A stretch of 64,000 nt of DNA from assembly GCA_905214435.1 (NCBI GenBank), contig CAJMMA010000005.1, positions 3,525 through 67,524 on the forward strand. The letters run 5' to 3'. The stretch is from an uncultured bacterium (GTDB lineage Bacteria; Actinomycetota; Coriobacteriia; Coriobacteriales; Coriobacteriaceae). Numbering within the stretch: the first letter of the stretch is position 1; each line of letters starts with the position of its first letter. A program made the translations under genes and the position numbers. This document shows, in pieces, positions 49,760-57,383 of the stretch. The notes under the pieces were generated by a model. The model saw only the letters and a program-made list of their open reading frames with translations, searched no databases and was not told where the DNA came from.

Positions 49760-50323
49760 TCACGATCCCTCCTTTGAGTCCGTTGCCTGCGGGCTCAGGC
49801 GCACGGCGCGCAGACGACACGAAGCATCGCCAGCATCCGCGGCAATTGTCACCATATCGACCCAGCCGCGTTCGTCGCGCACGATGGCGCCCCACACGTT
49901 TCCCTTGATGTCGAGATAGCCGCTCAGAGCAAGTTGCGCCGTGGGTACCTCGCGATAGGCACGCAGCATATCCGCCGCCGCTTCGGTCATCGGTCGGTCC
50001 TCGGACCATGCAAGCCGGACCGCAATCGCGTTGCCCTCAGGCGAATCCGTCGCAGTGCCAGACCGCTTGTCGAGCGTCCGCAGAAAGGTTTGCGCCGTGA
50101 CAGCGACATCCGAATCGTCCGCATCTCGCATCTCATCTTTTTGAGACGCCACCGCCGAATCTGAGCCCAAATCGGAGGCGGTCCCAGGACGCTGCTGCCG
50201 CGCGGCGTTAAGCCCCCAAAGCACCGCCGCTATCGCCACGGTCAGGCAAGCAAACACCAGCAGCACCCCGATGGGGCGCTCGCCCTCTACAGGCTGTTGA
50301 TGCCCTCGCTGATAGCGTTCCAT
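49760..50323 (-). CDS. Membrane-anchored hypothetical protein inside the tad locus
   Basis: 187 aa with one N-terminal TM (IGVLLVFACLTVAIAAVLWGL) followed by a soluble domain. It overlaps the flp 3' end by 37 nt. Confidence 0.5.
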   Translation of the reverse strand: MERYQRGHQQPVEGERPIGVLLVFACLTVAIAAVLWGLNAARQQRPGTASDLGSDSAVASQKDEMRDADDSDVAVTAQTFLRTLDKRSGTATDSPEGNAIAVRLAWSEDRPMTEAAADMLRAYREVPTAQLALSGYLDIKGNVWGAIVRDERGWVDMVTIAADAGDASCRLRAVRLSPQATDSKEGS

Positions 50324-50520
50324 AGATCTTGGACCTTGCCCTTAAATGCGACGATGGCGATAATCGCGATCACCACGAGCACGCCGACCAAGATGGCATA
50401 CTCGGTGGTACCCTGTGCACTCTCCTCCTGCAATAGTTCCTTGGCGCGCTGACGAACATGTGCCGCCCGGCAAAACGCCCAGCCCTGGACCTTGCCAGCA
50501 GCGTCAGTCATCGTGTTCAT
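50287..50520 (-). CDS. flp: Flp-family type IVb pilin precursor
   Basis: ...EESAQG/TTEYAILVGVLVVIAIIAIVAF... fits the Flp motif G/XXXXEY followed by a hydrophobic helix. 77 aa. Confidence 0.8.
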   Translation of the reverse strand: MNTMTDAAGKVQGWAFCRAAHVRQRAKELLQEESAQGTTEYAILVGVLVVIAIIAIVAFKGKVQDLWNAISEGINSL

Positions 50521-50530
50521 GTATTCCTCC

Positions 50531-51172
50531 CTACATCATCCCGCCTGCTCCCAGCAGCGGGCCCAATATGGACAGAAGCAACGCCGGCAAGATGAGCGTG
50601 CCGGTGGGAATCAGCAGCTTGACGGGTGCACGCTCGATCTCGCGCTCGACCGCGGCGCGATGAGCCGCACGGATCTCGCGACTTTGAGCGGCCAGCGTCT
50701 CGGCAAGTGGGGCACCCAGGGCGAGCGCCTGCCCCACCGTGATGGCAAAGGTCTCGAGCGCTCGCACGTCCAGGTCGCGCGCGGCGGCCAACAACTCGTC
50801 CTCACGCGTGCCCACGCCCACCTGCCACGCCATGCAGGCGCGCTCAAGGCGAAGAGCCAGCACTGACCGGCGGTTGGCGCAGAAAATCTCAAGCGCCGCA
50901 TCAAACGAAAGACCGGCCGAAAGACCCAAGCGCACAACATCGATCATCTCGGACACTTCGCCGAGCGACACTCGCGCCGGGCCGCCCGCTCCAACCGCGC
51001 CCTTCACTCGCGCGGTCAGAGCATCGACCACCGAGCGACCCGCGGCAGCGACCAGCACCGCCTCGCGCTTGCAGGCCCCTGCGACCTTGCGTGCATCCGC
51101 CCGATCCAACCCCGTCGCGACAAATACGCTCAGGGCGCACAGGCAAGCCGCAACTGCAACCGGGGCGCTCAT
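50531..51172 (-). CDS. tadC: TadC-like inner-membrane platform protein (T2SSF family)
   Basis: Start ATG 51172 overlaps the tadB stop (ATGA). MSAPVAVAACLCALSVFVATGL..., C-terminal ...ERAPVKLLIPTGTLILPALLLSILGPLL typical of TadB/C. Confidence 0.75.
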   Translation of the reverse strand: MSAPVAVAACLCALSVFVATGLDRADARKVAGACKREAVLVAAAGRSVVDALTARVKGAVGAGGPARVSLGEVSEMIDVVRLGLSAGLSFDAALEIFCANRRSVLALRLERACMAWQVGVGTREDELLAAARDLDVRALETFAITVGQALALGAPLAETLAAQSREIRAAHRAAVEREIERAPVKLLIPTGTLILPALLLSILGPLLGAGGMM

Positions 51173-52095
51173 AGCTCCACCCGCATAATGCGCCGGATAA
51201 CCACCAGGGCAACGGCGTTGAGGGCAAGACCCAGCACCACAGCGCCCGCGCCGGCAGGCGTCGCAAGACCGCGACGAAAATCTGCCGAAAGCAGCGCCAA
51301 CACCGCGCACATGCCCGCCGGCATCGCCGCGACCATATGCGCAGACATGCGAGCCTGCGACGTCTTAACATCCAGGCGGCGCTTGAGCTCAATGCGCTCC
51401 CCCACCATGCTCGACGCCTCGGACAGTAAGTCGGCAAGCGGAGCGCCGGTGCGCTGAGACACCTTAAGCGCCAAGGTCACAAGCGAAAGACCGGGGGCGT
51501 CGATACGCACGAGCAAGTCATCGAGCGCGTCGGTCGCCGAGATGCCGCAATCGATCGCCGCCGCCACCCGCAAAAACTCGTTATGCACTGGCTCTTGCGC
51601 ATGAGCGCCCACAAAGCGCATGCCCTGGGCCAGCGAATGTCCCGAGGCAAGCGACATGGAAAGTGCGGTAAACGCCTCGGGCATTGCCTCTTCTGCATCG
51701 TGTTGCTCGCGCCGGCTCTCAAAGCCATCCCGAGCGGCACCAACGGCAAACGGAGCAACAAGTCCCAAGGCAAATCCGAGGGGCGATAACGACACCATCG
51801 TTAGTAAAACGCAGCAGACACCGCTCGATAGCAGCAGAAACGCCAAACATCTCGAAGCATCCTCGATCACGAGGCCAAGGCGATGCGCCGGAGCCAGCGA
51901 TGCCCACGAACGGGCGATCTTTTTCAGCAGATCGTTTTCCACCAGCTCACGCGGCAGCTTCTCTGCCACCGTCTCGAGCGCCTGACGTGCCAGCTCCGCC
52001 GGCGGTACCTGCGGCACACGAGGTTCCGCCCCGCACGCCGTCGCGACAGAAAGCCCTGCCAAGCCCCCTACGACGAGGGGCACAGCGATCTCCAT
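51169..52095 (-). CDS. tadB: TadB-like inner-membrane platform protein (T2SSF family)
   Basis: 308 aa with TM segments at both ends and a central cytoplasmic helical domain. ...SQARMSAHMVAAMPAGMCAVLALL... is typical of TadB. Confidence 0.75.
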   Translation of the reverse strand: MEIAVPLVVGGLAGLSVATACGAEPRVPQVPPAELARQALETVAEKLPRELVENDLLKKIARSWASLAPAHRLGLVIEDASRCLAFLLLSSGVCCVLLTMVSLSPLGFALGLVAPFAVGAARDGFESRREQHDAEEAMPEAFTALSMSLASGHSLAQGMRFVGAHAQEPVHNEFLRVAAAIDCGISATDALDDLLVRIDAPGLSLVTLALKVSQRTGAPLADLLSEASSMVGERIELKRRLDVKTSQARMSAHMVAAMPAGMCAVLALLSADFRRGLATPAGAGAVVLGLALNAVALVVIRRIMRVEL

Positions 52096-53396
52096 TCGTC
52101 CACCTCCTCTTGTGTGAGCGTCCCCGACCGCAGGCCTTCTGCGATAAACGGCGGCTCGCGGTCAAGCGTCCAGGTGCGCTCGGCGGCATCGAACGTCACA
52201 TAGCGCTCGAGCTCTACGCCGCCCGATGCGGCGCGTCGCACCCCCGAATACGAGGAGACGAAGCGCCTGCCATCGGCGTGGCGCTCGGACATCACGATAC
52301 CGTCGAGCGCCATGGCAATCTGCTCCTCGATGAGCTCACTCGGCAGGTCGATGCCATAACGTGCAAGCAACGTCAGACGCACCACGGTCTCCTGTTCTGA
52401 ACCCGCATGAAGTGTGGTGAGCGACCCGTCGTGGCCCGTGTTCATGGCCTGCAACATGTCGCAGCACTCGGCACCGCGCACCTCGCCCACCACGATGCGG
52501 TCGGGGCGCATGCGCAGGGCATTAGTTACCAGGTCGCGGATCGTCACCGCGCCTTCACCCTCAATTGAAGCCTCGCGCGCCTCTAGGCGCACCACGTGCG
52601 GATGATGCGCAAACTTGAGCTCGGCAGAGTCCTCGATCGTCACGATGCGCTCGCCGGTGGAAATCTCACATGACAACGCGTTGAGCAGGGTGGTCTTACC
52701 AGATCCCGTGCCTCCCGCAACCGCCAGGTCCTGTCGCAGCGACACCGCGCACGACAGCAGCTGCGCATACCAAAGCGGCAGCGACCCCAGCCCCACAAGC
52801 TCGTCCAGCGAGCAGATACGGTCCGAGAACTTTCGGATGGTGAGAATCGGTCCGTCAATCGCCACAGGCGGAATCACCGCGTTGACGCGATAGCCCGTTT
52901 TGAGGCGGGCGTTGACGATGGGGCTGCGCTCGTCGATACGGCGGCCAAGTGGCGAGATGATGCGGTCGATAAGCACACGGATCTGTTCATCATCCTCAAA
53001 CGCATGCTCGATGGGGTACAAAACGCCGCCGCGTTCAAAGAAAGCCGAGCGGCAGCCGTTGATCATGATCTCGGTAACGGTGTCGTCCTCGATGAGCGGC
53101 TGCAACGGCCCCAAGCCCACCACGTCATCCAAAATCTCGTCGATGATGGTTTCGCGCTCGGGCGTCGCGAGATCGGTCGGCTCCTCAACATTGAGCGCCG
53201 CCTCCACCGCAGGACGCAATTCCGAGCGGGCAAGTGCCGGGTCGATATAGGCGCTGATACGCGCCACTTCGTCGTAACCCATGCGGTCCATCACGGCGCG
53301 CTTGGTGCGTCGTTTCACCGCGCGGCGACGCCCCGCATCTACAGGCGCTGCCGCCGCTGCAGCGCCGGCAGCCTTAATCCTCGTTTGCAGGCTCAT
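52068..53396 (-). CDS. tadA: CpaF/TadA secretion ATPase
   Basis: Walker [17 protein letters not shown], Asp box, Walker B and His box (...[11 protein letters not shown]...) of the VirB11/CpaF family. Confidence 0.9.
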   Translation of the reverse strand: MSLQTRIKAAGAAAAAAPVDAGRRRAVKRRTKRAVMDRMGYDEVARISAYIDPALARSELRPAVEAALNVEEPTDLATPERETIIDEILDDVVGLGPLQPLIEDDTVTEIMINGCRSAFFERGGVLYPIEHAFEDDEQIRVLIDRIISPLGRRIDERSPIVNARLKTGYRVNAVIPPVAIDGPILTIRKFSDRICSLDELVGLGSLPLWYAQLLSCAVSLRQDLAVAGGTGSGKTTLLNALSCEISTGERIVTIEDSAELKFAHHPHVVRLEAREASIEGEGAVTIRDLVTNALRMRPDRIVVGEVRGAECCDMLQAMNTGHDGSLTTLHAGSEQETVVRLTLLARYGIDLPSELIEEQIAMALDGIVMSERHADGRRFVSSYSGVRRAASGGVELERYVTFDAAERTWTLDREPPFIAEGLRSGTLTQEEVDEWRSLCPSS

Positions 53397-55045
53397 CGCT
53401 GATCACCCTCACGCGACCAGGGAAGGCGGATACGCGGGCGTTCGGTACGCGTTGCACGGTCGGCGACCATATCGCTCCAAGGGCCGACGGCGCACCCCAG
53501 TTCCACGAGCATCTCGCGCGTGGCCTCGCGCATGCTAGTCGCAAAAGCGCTGGTCTGCCCCACCGCCTCGTCAGCGCGCCCAAACGCCATGAGCGCGGCG
53601 AGATCCTGCCCGCCATCGGCGATACGAATCTTGGAGCTCAACGCACAGGCAATCTCAAAGCGCATGGCGACGTCCTCGTCTGCCCCGCGCGCACCGAACC
53701 GGTTGAACACGGCGCTCATGCGCGTGCGCGGCACACCTACTCGACTTGCCAGTTCGATGACGCGCGACGCCGATGTCGCGGACGACACCGCCGCATCGCC
53801 AACGACCAGGCAACGGTCGCTCGCCGCCACCGCAGCCGCCACGGCGTCGCCCCAAAAGACCGAGGTATCGATAAAGACCACGTCGGATTCGCGACGCAGA
53901 ACATCAAGCAGTAGCTCCACCGGACGCGCCATGAGCTCGGCTTGCTCGGGCGCCGCGACGGGACCCCAGAGCGTAACGCCCGGCGCCACGCGCATCGATG
54001 TGGCTACGATATCCGGCTCGGTGAGCGTGCCCGCCGCCGACGGCTCGATAAGTGCCGCCATATCGCGCGGAGCATCGACGCCTAACAAGTCGTAAAGGTT
54101 TCCAAACATCAGGTCCAGGTCGAGCACGGCGGCACGCAAGCCCAACAGCGACGATGTGTGTGCCATGGCGGCAACGATCGTCGACTTGCCGCAACCGCCC
54201 GAACCCGAAATAGCGCAGATGACCGGAGCTCGATGCGGCGGAGCGGCAGCGTCTGCCGGCGGCATCGGAGGCGGCGGGGCGGGCGTCGGTGGCAGCGCAC
54301 CCGTCTCCCCCGCCGCAACCACACGCTGCGTCCAAGCCGGCATGGCAGCTTGTTCGGTCTGCGAGGCAGGCTCGTTCTGTACAATCTGCTCATGCTGCAT
54401 CAGCGACAACTCGCCGCACCCGGCAAAGCCCTCAACTTCATCGAGTTCATCCGCCAGATTCACGCCGTGCACGTATCCCATATCTACAGCCGGGGAATCG
54501 CCAGCATGCTGCGCCGGCCCTCCAGCGTCATCGTATACAAGGGGGTTCCGGGGGCGCCGACCATGCTCGGCTTCCGCTTTTCCATAATCATCAACACGCG
54601 GGCCTCTTGTAGCGCGAGGCGCCCCGGGTTCCCTATCAACAAAAGCATCGGGCTCAATCGTCATGCTCCGATCGGAATCAACCGCTCCCTCGCCCGCGCG
54701 CCCGTTGCCGCATATACTGTGTGCAGCGATGACCTCGGTCGCCCCCGCGCGAAACAGCCCCTCGATATCCGACGGATCGAGCGCTTCTATCAACACGACC
54801 ACGCGACTCACGCGGCCTTCGGCCGTCAGGCGCGCAACAGTCTTGCGTACATCTTCGGTATCAAACAGAGACGCCGCGATGATGGCAGCCCCGCGGCGCG
54901 ACGGAAACGCCCGCGCCATGGAAACCAGCCCGTCCAGGTCACCCACGCGAAGCACCTGTGCACCCACATCACGGCCCTCGACTTCCCGCTGCAACAGCCC
55001 GTAATCGCCGCACGCGCAGCACGCAAGCCAGATCGCCTTCATCAC
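53393..55045 (-). CDS. TadZ/CpaE-like ParA/MinD-family ATPase with an N-terminal receiver-like domain and a long low-complexity linker
   Basis: C-terminal half has a deviant Walker A (ISGSGGCGKSTIVAAMA) and MinD-like blocks. The N-terminal ~110 aa resemble the atypical receiver domain of TadZ. Between them lies an Asp/Pro/Ala-rich linker. Confidence 0.75.
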   Translation of the reverse strand: MMKAIWLACCACGDYGLLQREVEGRDVGAQVLRVGDLDGLVSMARAFPSRRGAAIIAASLFDTEDVRKTVARLTAEGRVSRVVVLIEALDPSDIEGLFRAGATEVIAAHSICGNGRAGEGAVDSDRSMTIEPDAFVDREPGAPRATRGPRVDDYGKAEAEHGRRPRNPLVYDDAGGPAQHAGDSPAVDMGYVHGVNLADELDEVEGFAGCGELSLMQHEQIVQNEPASQTEQAAMPAWTQRVVAAGETGALPPTPAPPPPMPPADAAAPPHRAPVICAISGSGGCGKSTIVAAMAHTSSLLGLRAAVLDLDLMFGNLYDLLGVDAPRDMAALIEPSAAGTLTEPDIVATSMRVAPGVTLWGPVAAPEQAELMARPVELLLDVLRRESDVVFIDTSVFWGDAVAAAVAASDRCLVVGDAAVSSATSASRVIELASRVGVPRTRMSAVFNRFGARGADEDVAMRFEIACALSSKIRIADGGQDLAALMAFGRADEAVGQTSAFATSMREATREMLVELGCAVGPWSDMVADRATRTERPRIRLPWSREGDQR

Positions 55046-55716
55046 TCGTCGCCTCCGCTCTTTTTGCCGCGCGCCGTGGCGGGAATCGTCAAGCTGACCG
55101 TTCCCTTGCCCGAGGCTCCCAGCAGTTCCTTGACGTCTTCGGGGTCAGCCGCCAGCGTCACCCATTCGATCTTGCCCTCGCGCGTGGCACCGGAATCCTC
55201 ACTGGTATCGATCACGTGCGCGCCGCACAGCCGATCGGTCACGCCGTCCTTTTGCACGTACACGTCCACGTAGCTGCCCACGCCCGTGGCACCGCCGACC
55301 GAGTGCTCGGCATCGACCGCCACCGAAACGGCAACCTTGCCCTTAGGCACCTCGAGCTTGCGGCTCTCGGCCTTGGTGTAGACATTGCAGATCACGGCGT
55401 TTTTGGGAATACGCGAAGTCGTCACGTCGCCGCGCACCTGGCGCAGCTCGGTCGCTGCGTCACGCGGCAGCAGGCTCGTCAGCCATTCCTGGGTTATGAC
55501 ATTGGTCTCATCGAGGGTCTCGCCCACATCGATATCGCGCGCCGCGACGCAAACCTCGACGCGATCGCCACCGTACTTGGCCAAGGTCTCAGCCTGGACC
55601 TGTTCGGCTTGCGAGCGGATCGACGAGCCGTAAACCATGCAGAGCAGAGCAGCGAGCACGCCCGCGACCAGACTGATGGCGATGCGCTTGCTCTTGTTCA
55701 CGGCCGCTCCTCTCAT
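55042..55716 (-). CDS. cpaB: CpaB/RcpC-like Flp pilus assembly protein (SAF domain)
   Basis: N-terminal TM (IAISLVAGVLAALLCMV), then ...VCVAARDIDVGETLDETNV... (SAF-like) and a beta-rich C-terminus. First gene of the tad operon, with an ATGA overlap onto tadZ. Confidence 0.7.
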   Translation of the reverse strand: MRGAAVNKSKRIAISLVAGVLAALLCMVYGSSIRSQAEQVQAETLAKYGGDRVEVCVAARDIDVGETLDETNVITQEWLTSLLPRDAATELRQVRGDVTTSRIPKNAVICNVYTKAESRKLEVPKGKVAVSVAVDAEHSVGGATGVGSYVDVYVQKDGVTDRLCGAHVIDTSEDSGATREGKIEWVTLAADPEDVKELLGASGKGTVSLTIPATARGKKSGGDE

Positions 55717-55900
55717 GGCAGTGCCGGGCGAATGCCCGTACCACCATTGTCTGAGCGGTCAGAGTGCAAAGCGGCGCAATCGCAATCTTGGTTTTCGATG
55801 TCAAACCAATCGCTGACCAAAAGCTGACCAGCCCGTCAAGCTCGTGGCAAGGTTTTGGTCAGCACGTCAGCAAACTGTATGTTTCGAAGCTTTTCCGCAG

Positions 55901-55936
55901 CAAAAAAAGCCGTCTCCCGAACAGTTGGGAGACGGC
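55901..55936 (-). terminator. Intrinsic terminator of rsgA
   Basis: Minus-strand reading: AGCCGTCTCCCA-actgttc-GGGAGACGGCT followed by ttttttt. Confidence 0.8.
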
Positions 55937-55954
55937 TGTCATAGGAAAAATCAA

Positions 55955-57139
55955 TTACAGATGGACATCGGGATCGAGCATTTGAGCGCTCACGCGCATG
56001 GATGACGCCAGGTTTTGGAACGTTTCCAGACGCAGGCTATCGATCTGCCCGGCGTCCTCGGCCTCGCGAACGGCGCAGCCCGGCTCATGGGTATGCGTGC
56101 AATCGCCAAACCGGCACGCGCGCGATGCCTCGACAATCTCGGGGAAAGCGCGCGCCAGACCCCGCTCGTGACCCACGAGCGGCAGGCTGCGCAGGCCCGG
56201 GGCATCGGCGATCACGCCGGCGTCGCCCGGCAGTGCCACCATCACGCGCGCGACGGTAGTGTGACGGCCCTGATCGTCGCGTTCGCGCACACCGCCGGTC
56301 GCCAACGTATCGTGGCCCAGCAGCGCATTGAGCAGCGTCGACTTGCCGGCACCCGACTCGCCCAGAATCATGGCGCAGCTCCCGGCGGGCACGCAGGCAC
56401 GGACCTCGTCCAGGCCGCGGCCCTCGGCAGAGGACGTCACGATCACACGCACGTCCGGACCCACCAGGCGGCGCGCGCGGTCCAGATCGCGCTCGAGCTC
56501 CTCGGCATCGCAGCGATCAGCTTTGGTGAGTACCACCACCGGCTCGGCATCGCAGTCGAGCGCCAACACCAGCGAGCGCGCCACGCGGTCGAGCAGCACC
56601 TCACCGGCACCGAGCGCCTGCACGATTAGCACGCTATCCACGTTGGAGCAGAGCACCTGGCGCTCTCCGCGGGCACGGCCGCGCCAACGCTCAAAGCTCG
56701 TACGGCGCGGCAGCACGCATTCAATCACGCCCATATCGTGCCCGGGAGCGCGGCGCACCGCCACACGATCGCCCACGGCAGGCAGCAGGACCTCGTCCCC
56801 ACCGCGCGACTTGGCAAATCCCACGGCATGCTCGGCGCGGAAGGTATCGTCGGCAGTCGCCACCAGCGGAAACCCACGATCCAAGCGCACCACGGCGCCA
56901 AGTTGCATCTGCTCGGGCTCCTCGGCATGTGCGCAGAAATCATCAAAGGCAGCCTGCTGAGCTTCATCGACCGGCAGGTCATCAAACGCCGGAACATCCT
57001 GCAGCGCGTCAAGCCCCGGTACACTCGCCAGCAACTCCTCAGCAGATGCAGGGGGTTCGGTCGCGAGCTTCCGACGACGATCGCGCTTAGCCCGCGCCCC
57101 CGTCGTCTTTTTCTTCGCTTTAGCCTTAGCCTTGCCCAC
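55955..57139 (-). CDS. rsgA: Ribosome small-subunit-dependent GTPase A (RsgA/YjeQ)
   Basis: VLTKADRCD, ILGESGAGKSTLLNALL and the zinc knuckle CRFGDCTHTHEPGCAV. Start placed at GTG 57139 (VGKAKAKAKKK...) after GGGAGGcatct. The longer track ORF would run through the terminator hairpin of the upstream gene. Confidence 0.9.
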   Translation of the reverse strand: MGKAKAKAKKKTTGARAKRDRRRKLATEPPASAEELLASVPGLDALQDVPAFDDLPVDEAQQAAFDDFCAHAEEPEQMQLGAVVRLDRGFPLVATADDTFRAEHAVGFAKSRGGDEVLLPAVGDRVAVRRAPGHDMGVIECVLPRRTSFERWRGRARGERQVLCSNVDSVLIVQALGAGEVLLDRVARSLVLALDCDAEPVVVLTKADRCDAEELERDLDRARRLVGPDVRVIVTSSAEGRGLDEVRACVPAGSCAMILGESGAGKSTLLNALLGHDTLATGGVRERDDQGRHTTVARVMVALPGDAGVIADAPGLRSLPLVGHERGLARAFPEIVEASRACRFGDCTHTHEPGCAVREAEDAGQIDSLRLETFQNLASSMRVSAQMLDPDVHL

Positions 57140-57187
57140 AGATGCCTCCCAGCACAAAACCACACAACTGAGCAGGTATTTTACCCA

Positions 57188-57224
57188 CAAAAAAGAGTCG
57201 GCCGAGCAAATGCTCGACCGACTC
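57188..57224 (-). terminator. Intrinsic terminator of the P-type ATPase gene
   Basis: Minus-strand reading: GAGTCGGTCGAGCA-tt-TGCTCGGCCGACTC followed by ttttttgtggg. Confidence 0.7.
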
Positions 57225-57284
57225 ACACACTTTCCCTCAGCCCTTTATCATCCGCGCGGGAGAAAAGCCAGCAAGGATACCGCA

Positions 57285-57372
57285 GGGCCCGCCCCGGAAG
57301 CCCTTTCTCCCGAACGATCCCGCAGCGCGAAGCGCGAGGACCAGTGAGGGAGAAAGGGCGTGGGGTGGGCCC
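57285..57372. repeat. Nested palindromic intergenic element (compact copy E3)
   Basis: GGGCCCGCCCC-ggaag-CCCTTTCTCCC-gaacgatcccgcaGCGCgaaGCGCgaggaccagtga-GGGAGAAAGGG-cgt-GGGGTGGGCCC. It shares the tccgcag / hairpin with GAA loop / gaggac core words of E1 and E2. Confidence 0.65.
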
Positions 57373-57383
57373 GGACGAGTACG

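Noticed and set aside
49605-50009. Upstream part of the 313-aa ORF 49068..50009
   Set aside because: It overlaps the second pilin gene and the membrane-anchored gene in other frames and is Arg/Cys/Trp-rich. Only the C-terminal TadE-like part is credible.
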